DNA of 64,000 bases, taken from IMG/VR virus record IMGVR_UViG_3300044991_001466. One strand, given 5' to 3'. This DNA comes from a virus (lineage: Duplodnaviria > Caudoviricetes). Each line of letters begins with the position of its first letter. The stretch's first letter is position 1. Below are positions 19,295 to 28,782 of this stretch, in pieces. A program made the position numbers and the translations under genes. Under the pieces are notes generated by a model that saw only the letters and a list, made by a program, of their open reading frames with translations, did no database searches and was not told the origin of the DNA.

Positions 19295-19764
19295 TGGCGA
19301 CATTAATAGGTACAACTGCAACAACATACAATGCAACATCTACGTCAAATGCAAGTAGTACAATTTGTTCTAATACAATGGCTTTACAACAATGGGGTGG
19401 GAATGTTTCCGTAATATCACCATATTATAGTGCAACACCATATACGGATGTACTTTGTAATAATAATAATTGGCAATGGGTAACAGGGTATGTTAGTTTT
19501 TTAGGATATCAAAGTTACAATAGTACTCAAAATGTTTGGTTTGCACTATCACAATATGGTTTACAAATAACATCGGGGCCAACTAATGACCAATTAATAA
19601 CATTTTCATATTATGAAGACCCAACAAGTGCTTCTAAAAGTTGGTTAAGATTTACAAATCAATATAACGCATCGTGGGCAAATGCCACCTGTTTAGTTAA
19701 TATAACATTATTCGCTCCAAATGCTAATGCAATAACATCACCTATTTTAACAAGATACGTTTAA
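19294..19764 (+). CDS. Putative fibre-tip/adhesin subunit, paralog 1 of 3
   Basis: 156 aa; LSQYGLQ, WLRFTN, SPILTRYV; TAATG-coupled. Confidence 0.65.
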   Translation: MATLIGTTATTYNATSTSNASSTICSNTMALQQWGGNVSVISPYYSATPYTDVLCNNNNWQWVTGYVSFLGYQSYNSTQNVWFALSQYGLQITSGPTNDQLITFSYYEDPTSASKSWLRFTNQYNASWANATCLVNITLFAPNANAITSPILTRYV

Positions 19765-20231
19765 TGGCAACTTTACAAAATACAACAATAAATGGTACGA
19801 TAACCGCATCTACGAGTTTCACATCACCACGTATATTAAATAATACAAGTTATAATCATATGATGAGGGAGTATAGTGGAACTGTATCAATACCATCATC
19901 AGTTAATAATGCAACAAACTATGTTGACCTATTTGGTAATCTAGGGGTTCATAATCGTATGTATGGATTTTGTAGTTGGGTAACATATCAATCTCAAATA
20001 CATTGTGGTAGTTTTTATTGGCAATTATCAGAGTATGGACTTAGTACACAAACATTAACAAATTCAGGTAATTGGTCTGTTGCTAGACATAATCCAACAT
20101 ATGGAACAAATTATTTGAGATTTACAAATACAGTAGGAACTGAATGGGGTAATGGTACATATTACTTTGTATTAAATGTACAAGGACCCGGTGATTTCAC
20201 ATCATCATATTTAACACAAAGAGTAAGATAA
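19764..20231 (+). CDS. Putative fibre-tip/adhesin subunit, paralog 2 of 3
   Basis: 155 aa; LSEYGLS, YLRFTN, SSYLTQRVR. Confidence 0.65.
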   Translation: MATLQNTTINGTITASTSFTSPRILNNTSYNHMMREYSGTVSIPSSVNNATNYVDLFGNLGVHNRMYGFCSWVTYQSQIHCGSFYWQLSEYGLSTQTLTNSGNWSVARHNPTYGTNYLRFTNTVGTEWGNGTYYFVLNVQGPGDFTSSYLTQRVR

Positions 20232-20671
20232 TGGCAAATTTAATAGCAACAACATCTTCCGAATTAACAGCAACTTCAATAACATCACCAAAAATGTTAA
20301 TGAGTAATACATATGGGGCAATGAATGAATGGACAGGAACGGCGGCGATTAATAATGGTTCTTCCGTTGATTTAATATGTAATGTTAGTGGATACGCAAG
20401 AACAATTGGACTTTGTAATTTTTTTAATTTTACAACGGGAACATGGAGATATGGAATATTTGAGTTTGATGTATCAAGATATGGATTACAACACACACCA
20501 ATTTTATCGTGGGGAGATTATTCAGTATCTCATTATCAAGAAGGTAATGTTGACAGAAATTGGTTAAGATTTACCAATACATCAGGACAAAATGGATTAA
20601 CTGTTTATTTTAATATAAGAATATTAAATTCATCGGGGTACGAATCGTCAATATTAACAAGAGTAAAATAA
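20231..20671 (+). CDS. Putative fibre-tip/adhesin subunit, paralog 3 of 3
   Basis: 146 aa; VSRYGLQ, WLRFTN, SSILTRVK. Confidence 0.65.
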   Translation: MANLIATTSSELTATSITSPKMLMSNTYGAMNEWTGTAAINNGSSVDLICNVSGYARTIGLCNFFNFTTGTWRYGIFEFDVSRYGLQHTPILSWGDYSVSHYQEGNVDRNWLRFTNTSGQNGLTVYFNIRILNSSGYESSILTRVK

Positions 20672-20680
20672 TTATATAAT

Positions 20681-20947
20681 ATGATACATGAATTAGACAA
20701 CGGAGACCCATTATTAAGTCCAATCGACGGAACACCACTTACTGAAGATCAAAGATATGGATTTTATATTGGTTTATCTGAACATTACGCAACACAATAT
20801 CAAAGAGATAGACAACAAATATACCCATCATTAGGTAATCAATTAGATATGTTGTGGCATGAATTAAATGTGAGCGGTAGTTTAACAAGTAATGGTGAAT
20901 GGTTTAATAAAATAAAAGAGGTTAAAGAAAACAATCCAAAACCTTAA
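20681..20947 (+). CDS. Tail-fibre assembly chaperone-like protein
   Basis: YQRDRQQIYPSLGNQLDMLWH...WFNKIKEVKENNPK pattern, typical of small proteins beside phage fibre genes. Confidence 0.55.
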   Translation: MIHELDNGDPLLSPIDGTPLTEDQRYGFYIGLSEHYATQYQRDRQQIYPSLGNQLDMLWHELNVSGSLTSNGEWFNKIKEVKENNPKP

Positions 20948-20950
20948 TAA

Positions 20951-21814
20951 ATGGCAAATCTTACAAATCTTACCATAAACGACACTGGTTATATACAATT
21001 ACCATCGGGTACAACGGCACAAAGACCCGTATCACCATTGACTGGTTATATTAGATTTAATACAACTATGGGTTTAGTTGAATATTACAACGGTACTTAT
21101 TGGATAGATCAAACAACCGGTAGAATTGCGGAAGGTGGTATTGTAACATCAAACTTATTACTTCATTTAGATAGTGGTAAACCAACGAGTTATCGCGGTG
21201 GTAATGTGTGGTATGATGTTAGTTCACAATGTGCACATGGGATATTTGTAAACAGTCCAACATATACACCAGCTGATGGTTCGGGAGGTACCGTTTCATT
21301 TGACGGAACTAATGATTATATTAGAATTTCTACATTAAATACATTACCAACAACACAAATAACTATGGAAGGTTGGATTAAACCAACAAGAACAGTAAGT
21401 ACAGGTACAGTAAGAGGTGGTGTGGTTTCTGCAACAAATACAACATATTTGGGTATATTTAATTCCGCAGATGGTGGTAGTACACACTCTTTACATTGGG
21501 CAAATACTACCGATAGTAGTAGACCATATAGTGCAGTTGGTAATATTCCCAATAATGTTTGGTCACACATTGTAGGTACATGGGATGGTTCAACGAGTAG
21601 AGCGTATGTGAATGGTACTGAAGTATGGTCTGCGGCACAGACAGGGACAATTGCCGCTGCCACATATGTAGTTGGAACATATGGAAGTGGATTGACAGAT
21701 GGGTTGCATAATTTTCAAGGACAAATTGCAATTGCAAGAATGTATAGTATAGGATTAAGTGGAGCTCAAGTTTTACAAAATTATAATGCTCAAAGAAATA
21801 GATTTAATATTTAA
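20951..21814 (+). CDS. LamG/concanavalin-A-like lectin domain virion protein
   Basis: N-terminal LPSGTTAQRP..GYIRFNTT module; LLLHLDSG, TMEGWIKP, WSHIVGTWDG..YVNG, FQGQIAIARMYS..LS..QVLQNYNA. Confidence 0.85.
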   Translation: MANLTNLTINDTGYIQLPSGTTAQRPVSPLTGYIRFNTTMGLVEYYNGTYWIDQTTGRIAEGGIVTSNLLLHLDSGKPTSYRGGNVWYDVSSQCAHGIFVNSPTYTPADGSGGTVSFDGTNDYIRISTLNTLPTTQITMEGWIKPTRTVSTGTVRGGVVSATNTTYLGIFNSADGGSTHSLHWANTTDSSRPYSAVGNIPNNVWSHIVGTWDGSTSRAYVNGTEVWSAAQTGTIAAATYVVGTYGSGLTDGLHNFQGQIAIARMYSIGLSGAQVLQNYNAQRNRFNI

Positions 21815-21819
21815 ATGTA

Positions 21820-22527
21820 ATGGCAAGTTTAAAAAATTTAACAATTAACGACACTGGATTTATTGGATTACCAACAGGTAGTACAGCTGAAAGACCATCT
21901 CCATCTAATGGATATTTAAGATATAATACTACATTAGGTAGACCCGAAGTTTATATTAGTAGTTGGTTAAACCCATACGCCAGAACGGAAGGTTATTTAC
22001 ATTATTACGAAGGTAGAGATGCAAATTTATATACTGCAAATTGGAATAATAGCACAACGTATTCAATGTTAAATTTTGGTGGATTAGGTCATATTACGGC
22101 ACATGGTTGGACAACTGGTCCTGCAACATATACATTAACATTAGGTTCAATTCCAATACACACACAAGTTCGTTATTTAGTATTTTGGCATTTAGTAGAT
22201 TCGTTGGATACTGAAACAAGTAATTTGTACTTAATGAACTCAGCCGGAACTGAAACTGAATTTCTAAGATTTACAAAGATATATAACGCGGTACCAACCA
22301 CATCGGTTTTACAATCGGGAGCAACAGCAACGTGGAGTGGTGCTAAATCGTACACATATAGACCTTGGGCAAGTGGAGCATATGGAAACGATGGTTACTA
22401 TTTATTTGATAGTGGATATTATGACCACACATCCACATCATTTACTGCAAGACACGTATGTGGTGCAGACCAAGCACAAGCGGATGAAGCGATGTATCTT
22501 TCACACGTTCAATTATGGATTAAATAA
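21820..22527 (+). CDS. Putative adhesin with shared N-terminal fibre-docking module
   Basis: LPTGSTAERP..GYLRYNTT module, then an aromatic-rich beta domain of unknown family. Confidence 0.65.
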   Translation: MASLKNLTINDTGFIGLPTGSTAERPSPSNGYLRYNTTLGRPEVYISSWLNPYARTEGYLHYYEGRDANLYTANWNNSTTYSMLNFGGLGHITAHGWTTGPATYTLTLGSIPIHTQVRYLVFWHLVDSLDTETSNLYLMNSAGTETEFLRFTKIYNAVPTTSVLQSGATATWSGAKSYTYRPWASGAYGNDGYYLFDSGYYDHTSTSFTARHVCGADQAQADEAMYLSHVQLWIK

Positions 22528-22533
22528 TAAATT

Positions 22534-24195
22534 ATGGCAACACTTAAAAATACAACAATAACAAGTTCTACGGGATATTTGGGGTTACCATCTGGAACAG
22601 GAACACAACGACCATCACCAACAACTGGAATGATGAGATATAATTCAAGTCGTACTGAGGTTGAAGTATATGATGGTACCAAATGGATGAGTGTACAAAA
22701 AAGAAAAGAAAATTATAGTACATCTGGTTTAGTTTGTTATATAGATGCAGGTGACCCTAATTGTTATAGTGGTAATGGTAGTACATTAACCGATTTATCA
22801 GGAAATGCTAATAATTTAACTCTACCTGGTTCAGGTGTTTCATTTAATACTACCGGAGGAGGTTCTTTATATTTTGATGGAACCGCAAGAGCAAACGTTG
22901 CACATCATAGTTCATTGGATTTTACTAGTACACAACAATATACTGCGTTAATTTGGGTAAATCCATCATTAGGTGGTGGAACTTGGCACGGATTAATTAG
23001 TAAAGGAGATTCACAACAATACGCCGCAACATTGAGAAGTGCATTCGGATATATTCATTATGAAACAAATTACTCATTGGCAGCGATAGATACACCCAAT
23101 AATTCAATAATAGGAAGTAAGTGGCAACAAGTTGTCATTAGAAGTGACGGGTCATCAAAAGCAACATTTATTGATACAATACGATGTGCATATGTAACAG
23201 GTGCCGTTAGTTCAACTACAAATACTGAAACATTGAGATTTGGTGAAGGTAATACGGGAGAATTACTTATTGGTTATTTAGGAGCGGTTATGATTTATAA
23301 CCGAGCATTAAGTGATGAAGAAATTGGAAATATATTTAATGAACAAAGAGGTAGATATGGAGTAGATGCACCATTAGGATCGGCATTTAATCCAGCGGAT
23401 TCGGCACAAACAATAAAGACCTTAAATACAAATGCACCAAATGGTGTATATTATATAAATTTACCCAATATCGGCCCGAGAAAAACATTTTGTATTATGG
23501 ATAGTACATATGATGGAGGGGGTTGGATGATGGTAATGAAAGCCACACGAGGAACTACTTTTAATTATGGGGCAAGTTATTGGACCACACAAAATGTATT
23601 AAATCAAAATAATTTAAATCAAGATGATGGTGATGCCAAATACGATGCATTCAATTATTTTGAAGGTACAGATTTAATGGCTAGATGGCCCGATATTCCA
23701 ACTACTGGTGGTAGTATTGCGGGAACAGGAAATTGGATATGGATGGAAAAAGGGTTTAATGGTGGTAGAGCTAGTACGCGAACAAATTTAGTAGATTTTT
23801 TTACTAATGCAGGAACATACGAAAGTGGTGATGGTGGTACTTATGGTGGATATTTTTTAAGAGATGCAAAAACTTTTACTGGTTGGGCAAGTGGAGTATT
23901 TTCAAGTCAAGTAGATATTAGATTTTATGGATTTAATTTTAGAAACAACCCATTGTATTTTGGTGCAACCGATGCCAAAGTTAGATGGGGGTTTGGTTGG
24001 AATGAAAACGGAGAAGGGTTGTATACATCACCCGCTACTTTGGCAGTTGGACCATATAGAGGTTCGGATGATGTAAGTGGTGGTATTGGTATGGATAGTA
24101 GATATGGTAATTTCTCAGGTGGAGATTTGATTGGTTGTTGTCAAGATACGACTGGTATAAATAGAAGTGCAAGAGTGGAAGTCTATATTAGATAA
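22534..24195 (+). CDS. LamG plus fibrinogen-C-like domain virion protein
   Basis: Shared N-module; LVCYIDAG...MIYNRALSDEEI LamG; PADSA..I...NGVYYI...FCIMD..DGGGWMMV fibrinogen-like start. Confidence 0.8.
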   Translation: MATLKNTTITSSTGYLGLPSGTGTQRPSPTTGMMRYNSSRTEVEVYDGTKWMSVQKRKENYSTSGLVCYIDAGDPNCYSGNGSTLTDLSGNANNLTLPGSGVSFNTTGGGSLYFDGTARANVAHHSSLDFTSTQQYTALIWVNPSLGGGTWHGLISKGDSQQYAATLRSAFGYIHYETNYSLAAIDTPNNSIIGSKWQQVVIRSDGSSKATFIDTIRCAYVTGAVSSTTNTETLRFGEGNTGELLIGYLGAVMIYNRALSDEEIGNIFNEQRGRYGVDAPLGSAFNPADSAQTIKTLNTNAPNGVYYINLPNIGPRKTFCIMDSTYDGGGWMMVMKATRGTTFNYGASYWTTQNVLNQNNLNQDDGDAKYDAFNYFEGTDLMARWPDIPTTGGSIAGTGNWIWMEKGFNGGRASTRTNLVDFFTNAGTYESGDGGTYGGYFLRDAKTFTGWASGVFSSQVDIRFYGFNFRNNPLYFGATDAKVRWGFGWNENGEGLYTSPATLAVGPYRGSDDVSGGIGMDSRYGNFSGGDLIGCCQDTTGINRSARVEVYIR

Positions 24196-24236
24196 TAATA
24201 TTTTAATTATTGAAATATTTTTCTTATATTATAGGT

Positions 24237-24923
24237 ATGAATAATATCGGTATAGGTATAATGTGTTTCGGTGATGTTTCCTATTTTAACAGTACAAAAG
24301 AAAAAGTTACCAATTTAAAAGATATTGGAATTGATTGTTATATCTTAACCGATGAACCAGAACAATTTACAACTAAAACCATACACTACGGTAGACACCT
24401 CAAGTCATATCATGATAAGATAATATTAGTTAAAGAAATATTAAAAAATCACAATATCTGTATTCTAATAGATGCCGACACTTTTATCTCCGACTATTCA
24501 TTTATCGAACAGTTAGTTAACTATCCATACCAAAATGGAATTACATATGTTGAAACTCTATTAAGTCATAAGATAAAAAAAGAATTCATAAGAGATATTC
24601 AAATGAATATTGGAGATATTGATTGGTTAAATTATAAAACATATCTCCAAAAAATATATCCACAATATGGTGATTTAGAGACCATTTACGAGTACTTCTT
24701 GGTTTTCAATAAAGAAGGATTAAAAGATAATTTCTTTCTCTTATATGAGAAGTTACAATCAATTAAAGAGGCGTGTGATGTGATGAGTGGAAAGAAAATT
24801 GTGGTAGGGTCAGCTGAAGGTGTATCAATACAAGTTGCCGCAAAAATTACGGATACCCAAATACAAAAAGATGTGGTATTATTTGAATTAATTAAAGATA
24901 AAATTAAAAATGATTCAAGATAA
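24237..24923 (+). CDS. Putative GT-A fold glycosyltransferase-like protein
   Basis: CYILTD, SYHDK, ILIDAD (DxD); probable start ATG 24237 just after TATATT (ORF track starts at TTG 24210). Confidence 0.5.
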   Translation: MNNIGIGIMCFGDVSYFNSTKEKVTNLKDIGIDCYILTDEPEQFTTKTIHYGRHLKSYHDKIILVKEILKNHNICILIDADTFISDYSFIEQLVNYPYQNGITYVETLLSHKIKKEFIRDIQMNIGDIDWLNYKTYLQKIYPQYGDLETIYEYFLVFNKEGLKDNFFLLYEKLQSIKEACDVMSGKKIVVGSAEGVSIQVAAKITDTQIQKDVVLFELIKDKIKNDSR

Positions 24924-25665
24924 CAATTATATAAAAAAATACATCACCAACAATCAAGAATTTGATGAAATGGGTGATGAAATATTAAAAAGTGTACCGT
25001 TTCGTTGGAGCCATGGTGCAACAGATTTACATATGGGTGATGGTATCATTGTGTATGCGTTGATACAACATATGAGAGCAAAGACTTGCGTTTGTTTAGG
25101 TAGCGGTGGTGGTTTTATTCCACGTATCATGACACAAGCAAGAATTGATTTACACAAACAAGAAATATTTGAAGGTAACGGTAGTCATAATTGGGGAGAC
25201 ATAGGTGAGACCTATATTGTTGACGCAATGAACGGAGTTGGTGGACAAGTTAATTGGTTTGATGAAGATAGTTTTCTTAGAAAATGGTTTCAACCAAGAA
25301 TAATTAATACCACAACCGAAGATGCCTTTCATAACTACTTCGTTTTAAACGATATAAAGATTGATTATTTACATATTGATGCCGGACATAGTTATGAAAA
25401 TGTTAAAGAAGACTTTGAACTTTATACACAGATATTATCAACGAATGCAATCGTATCTATACACGATACCGACCCAAATTATGCCGACAAATACATTGTA
25501 ACCAACGAGGTTAAAGATAGGGGTGATTTTGATGATTGGACAGGACCAATTAAGTTTAACCAAGAAATCGATGAGACAAAATGGGAAAAAATTAATCTAT
25601 TTAATTTTGGTATAGTTAAAAACAAACCATCATCCACAGGAATTACAATTTTACGTAAAAAATAG
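24910..25665 (+). CDS. Class I SAM-dependent methyltransferase (Methyltransf_24-like)
   Basis: VCLGSGGGF motif I, IDYLHIDAGHSYENVKEDF, VSIHDT. Confidence 0.85.
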   Translation: MIQDNNYIKKYITNNQEFDEMGDEILKSVPFRWSHGATDLHMGDGIIVYALIQHMRAKTCVCLGSGGGFIPRIMTQARIDLHKQEIFEGNGSHNWGDIGETYIVDAMNGVGGQVNWFDEDSFLRKWFQPRIINTTTEDAFHNYFVLNDIKIDYLHIDAGHSYENVKEDFELYTQILSTNAIVSIHDTDPNYADKYIVTNEVKDRGDFDDWTGPIKFNQEIDETKWEKINLFNFGIVKNKPSSTGITILRKK

Positions 25666-25675
25666 CCTTAGACAT

Positions 25676-25704
25676 TTGATTTATACGTAAAAATTTCTTA
25701 TATT
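25676..25704 (+). promoter_or_regulatory. Putative promoter
   Basis: TTGATT-N17-TATATT (also TTTG-N20-TATATTTT), 8 nt before ATG 25713. Confidence 0.65.
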
Positions 25705-25712
25705 TTATACTA

Positions 25713-26564
25713 ATGGTAAGATTAGTTACAGTTATAGGTCACGGAGTTAAATTACTACCTCATTTCATTAAACATTATTCAAGATATGTTGATGAAATTA
25801 ATATAGTTGTTTACCAATCAGACTTACATCCAGATTTACATGATGAAGTGTCACAATACATTGAAAATCAAAACAATGTAAAAATTGTACATACATTAAC
25901 GGAAAGAATATTTGATTGGGAAAAGGTAACTAGTTTATATAATTTCATAAAATCAAAACACAAAAATGATTGGTGGGTAGTCGCCGACATTGATGAGTTT
26001 CATTTATACCCTGATGATGATTTACCAAAAGTAATTCAAACATGTGAAGAGTATGGTTTTGAAATGGTTAGAGGTGGGTTTATTGATAGAATAGGTAGAG
26101 GTGGAGAGTTTGCAGAATTGGTTGACGATGTATCTATATGGGACCAATTTCCGAACGCAGGATTTTTTAGATATCCAATGAGTAGTGCAAACCCTAATAA
26201 AATATGTCTAATGAAAGGTTTTGTTGAAATAACATCAGGACAACATTATGCTAAAATAGATGGTCAAACAACTTGGAAATGGCAAGGATGGAATCATCCA
26301 CAAATAAACCCAATCGATTTCGTTCAAGTACATCATTTCAAGTGGGATAGAACATCAATCGAAAGAATAAAAACCGTTGCTGAATTAAACGAAGATTATG
26401 CATATTCAAATGAGTATTTCACAATGTTTAAAGAATTAATAAAAACTAAATTTAGAATAAATCTAATGGAAAAAGATTTCATGTTTGAATTGGGTTTGAT
26501 ATACCCCAAATATGAATTATATAAAAATTGGAATAAATTAATAAACAAAATAATATCAATATGA
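25713..26564 (+). CDS. Glycosyltransferase family 2-like protein
   Basis: LLPHFIKHY, WWVVADIDEF, PNKICL, VHHFKW. Confidence 0.75.
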   Translation: MVRLVTVIGHGVKLLPHFIKHYSRYVDEINIVVYQSDLHPDLHDEVSQYIENQNNVKIVHTLTERIFDWEKVTSLYNFIKSKHKNDWWVVADIDEFHLYPDDDLPKVIQTCEEYGFEMVRGGFIDRIGRGGEFAELVDDVSIWDQFPNAGFFRYPMSSANPNKICLMKGFVEITSGQHYAKIDGQTTWKWQGWNHPQINPIDFVQVHHFKWDRTSIERIKTVAELNEDYAYSNEYFTMFKELIKTKFRINLMEKDFMFELGLIYPKYELYKNWNKLINKIISI

Positions 26565-26586
26565 CACATATAAATATTGGATTAGA

Positions 26587-27993
26587 ATGAGATTAGCGAT
26601 AATAGTACCATATAGAGACAGAAGAGACGATTTAGATGTGTTTATACCACACATGGAAAAATTTTTAGCTAATAAACAAATAGATTATAAAATTTTTGTT
26701 GCTGAACAATCTGACGATAGGGCTTTCAATTACGGTAAAATATGTAATGCAGTTTTTAATGAAATAAAAGATGATTACGATTATTTTTGTTTTCATGACG
26801 TAGATTTATTACCATTAAATGACGATGCTGATTATTCTTATAAAGACATCCCAACACATTTGGTTTTTGAGAATAAAAATAAAGAAAAGATATTACCATA
26901 CAGCCAATATTTCGGTGGTGTGGTAATTTTTAGTAAAAACGATTTTATAAAGATAAACGGATTTGGGAATGACTATTGGGGTAAAGGATATGTTGATTTA
27001 GATTTATTATATCGATGTTTAAAAAGTAAAATTACCTTAACTAAAAATTACGATTATAATCTTAAAGAAATACTCAAATCTGATTTAAAATATAGAAACA
27101 TTACCAAAAAGGTTTCTAAAATTGTTTTACCTGAAAATTCAATTATAGTTAATAGAAAATCTGACGTCATTGCCACCAATTTTACGTTAAGTTTTCATTA
27201 TAAAGAAGTGAGACAAAATAGGAAAAAAATAGTAATTTTTAGGACACTTGATTTTGGAGATTTCCAAATATTCACCATAAATGGACAAATGATTTTACAA
27301 TTTTTTGATAAGGGTAAACTATTCCAAATCGACATTAACAACGAAGTCGATATAACTCAGTTTAATCATTTTACATTTACTCACGATTACAATAAAAAAG
27401 AATTTATTATCTATATAAATGGTGTTGAAAAATTTAATATTAATTATACCATAAATTATAATTTTACCAAAAAAAATGTTATATTAGGTGATATAGACAA
27501 TAGCGTAAAAATTGAATTAATTGATTTTAAATTGTTTACAAAAAAACTAACAAAAAATGAAGTTAATAGAAATTTTTACTATGGGGTAAAATCAAATTGT
27601 TTTGAATTTAATAAGATTACGTTTTACGATAATGTAACAAAATTTATTGATGAGCATTTTAACATTTGGGAAATTATGGGTAAAACAACATCCGATAAAG
27701 AAAACTTAATAATTGGTGAAATGTTAATGGTAGATGTGGTTAATAAACAATTAAATAAAGTAAAATATACACCAAATAAAATAAAAGGAAGATATGAAAT
27801 TAGAGGTAATAAATTTGATAACATTGAAACAACGTATCATCCCGATATATTAGAAAATAAAAACACTTACTATAATGATTTGTTGACTAATAAGATTAAT
27901 ACAAGTAAGTTTGGACTAAAAAGTGTTAAGTACACTTTATTGAATAAAATAGAATATAATAATAACACAGAATGGTTAAAAATATCTCTTTAA
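26587..27993 (+). CDS. GT7 (beta-1,4-galactosyltransferase-like) with inserted LamG domain and a degenerate active-site loop
   Basis: AIIVPYRDR, AFNYG, FHDVDLLP, YFGGV, NGFGNDYWGKGYVDLD. Confidence 0.8.
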   Translation: MRLAIIVPYRDRRDDLDVFIPHMEKFLANKQIDYKIFVAEQSDDRAFNYGKICNAVFNEIKDDYDYFCFHDVDLLPLNDDADYSYKDIPTHLVFENKNKEKILPYSQYFGGVVIFSKNDFIKINGFGNDYWGKGYVDLDLLYRCLKSKITLTKNYDYNLKEILKSDLKYRNITKKVSKIVLPENSIIVNRKSDVIATNFTLSFHYKEVRQNRKKIVIFRTLDFGDFQIFTINGQMILQFFDKGKLFQIDINNEVDITQFNHFTFTHDYNKKEFIIYINGVEKFNINYTINYNFTKKNVILGDIDNSVKIELIDFKLFTKKLTKNEVNRNFYYGVKSNCFEFNKITFYDNVTKFIDEHFNIWEIMGKTTSDKENLIIGEMLMVDVVNKQLNKVKYTPNKIKGRYEIRGNKFDNIETTYHPDILENKNTYYNDLLTNKINTSKFGLKSVKYTLLNKIEYNNNTEWLKISL

Positions 27994-28550
27994 CAAAGTA
28001 TCAAGTTGAAAATCTTGAAAATATCGCAGATTTATTAGAAAGTATTGATTATTCTAAAGAAGATGCTGAAATTAAATTTTTAACTCTTATTGTGAATATT
28101 GAAAGCCTTTTACCAAAATCAAATATTTTTGATTACGTGTTTAAGACGGATATCACGAAAGATAAGAAATTAGAATTACAGGAAAATAAAAAACAAAAAT
28201 TTGTGGTAATAAATGACAATGTGGAGTTGTTAAAATCATTACCAAATGATATTGAATTTAAGTGGAGCCAAGTAAATAATAAATACGATATCATAAATAA
28301 CACATACGATGAAATAAAAAGTATCGAATCAAACATCCAAGATATTCACACACAAATGAGTGAAATAGCTTCTGAAAACGATGTGTTATATGGTGAGATA
28401 GAAAATATTGACTTTGAAATATCACAAATTGATAACTACATTGAGGAGTCCGAATGGAAAGTAGACTTGGATAGTCACGAAGAAATAACATTTAATAAAA
28501 TAAAAGAAAAATTAATAATCGAAAAAAAGTTTAATTATGGAAATATCTAA
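27972..28550 (+). CDS. Hypothetical coiled-coil protein
   Basis: 192-aa ORF with acidic heptad-like C-terminal half; start uncertain. Confidence 0.6.
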   Translation: MVKNISLTKYQVENLENIADLLESIDYSKEDAEIKFLTLIVNIESLLPKSNIFDYVFKTDITKDKKLELQENKKQKFVVINDNVELLKSLPNDIEFKWSQVNNKYDIINNTYDEIKSIESNIQDIHTQMSEIASENDVLYGEIENIDFEISQIDNYIEESEWKVDLDSHEEITFNKIKEKLIIEKKFNYGNI

Positions 28551-28782
28551 AGAAGAACAACACGAATTAAATAAAAAGGGTGTTGAAGCTATGACAAGAA
28601 TTGCAACCTCATTGGAGGGTATAAACGATTGGGTTTATACATTAAATACCGCAGCATGGTCAGAGAGACTAGAGTGGTATTTAAACGAATTTTATCAATT
28701 AGCTAAAGCAAAAACTATCGGTTCATCCGATAGACCAACAAAAGAATATGAAGAAGAAACTGGCGATAATAGTCCCTTATAG
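28537..28782 (+). CDS. Hypothetical protein
   Basis: 81-aa ORF coupled to both neighbours. Confidence 0.6.
   Translation: MEISKEEQHELNKKGVEAMTRIATSLEGINDWVYTLNTAAWSERLEWYLNEFYQLAKAKTIGSSDRPTKEYEEETGDNSPL

Noticed and set aside
19294-24195. Diversity-generating retroelement acting on the adhesins
   Set aside because: No reverse transcriptase and no template/variable repeat pair differing at adenines seen in the window
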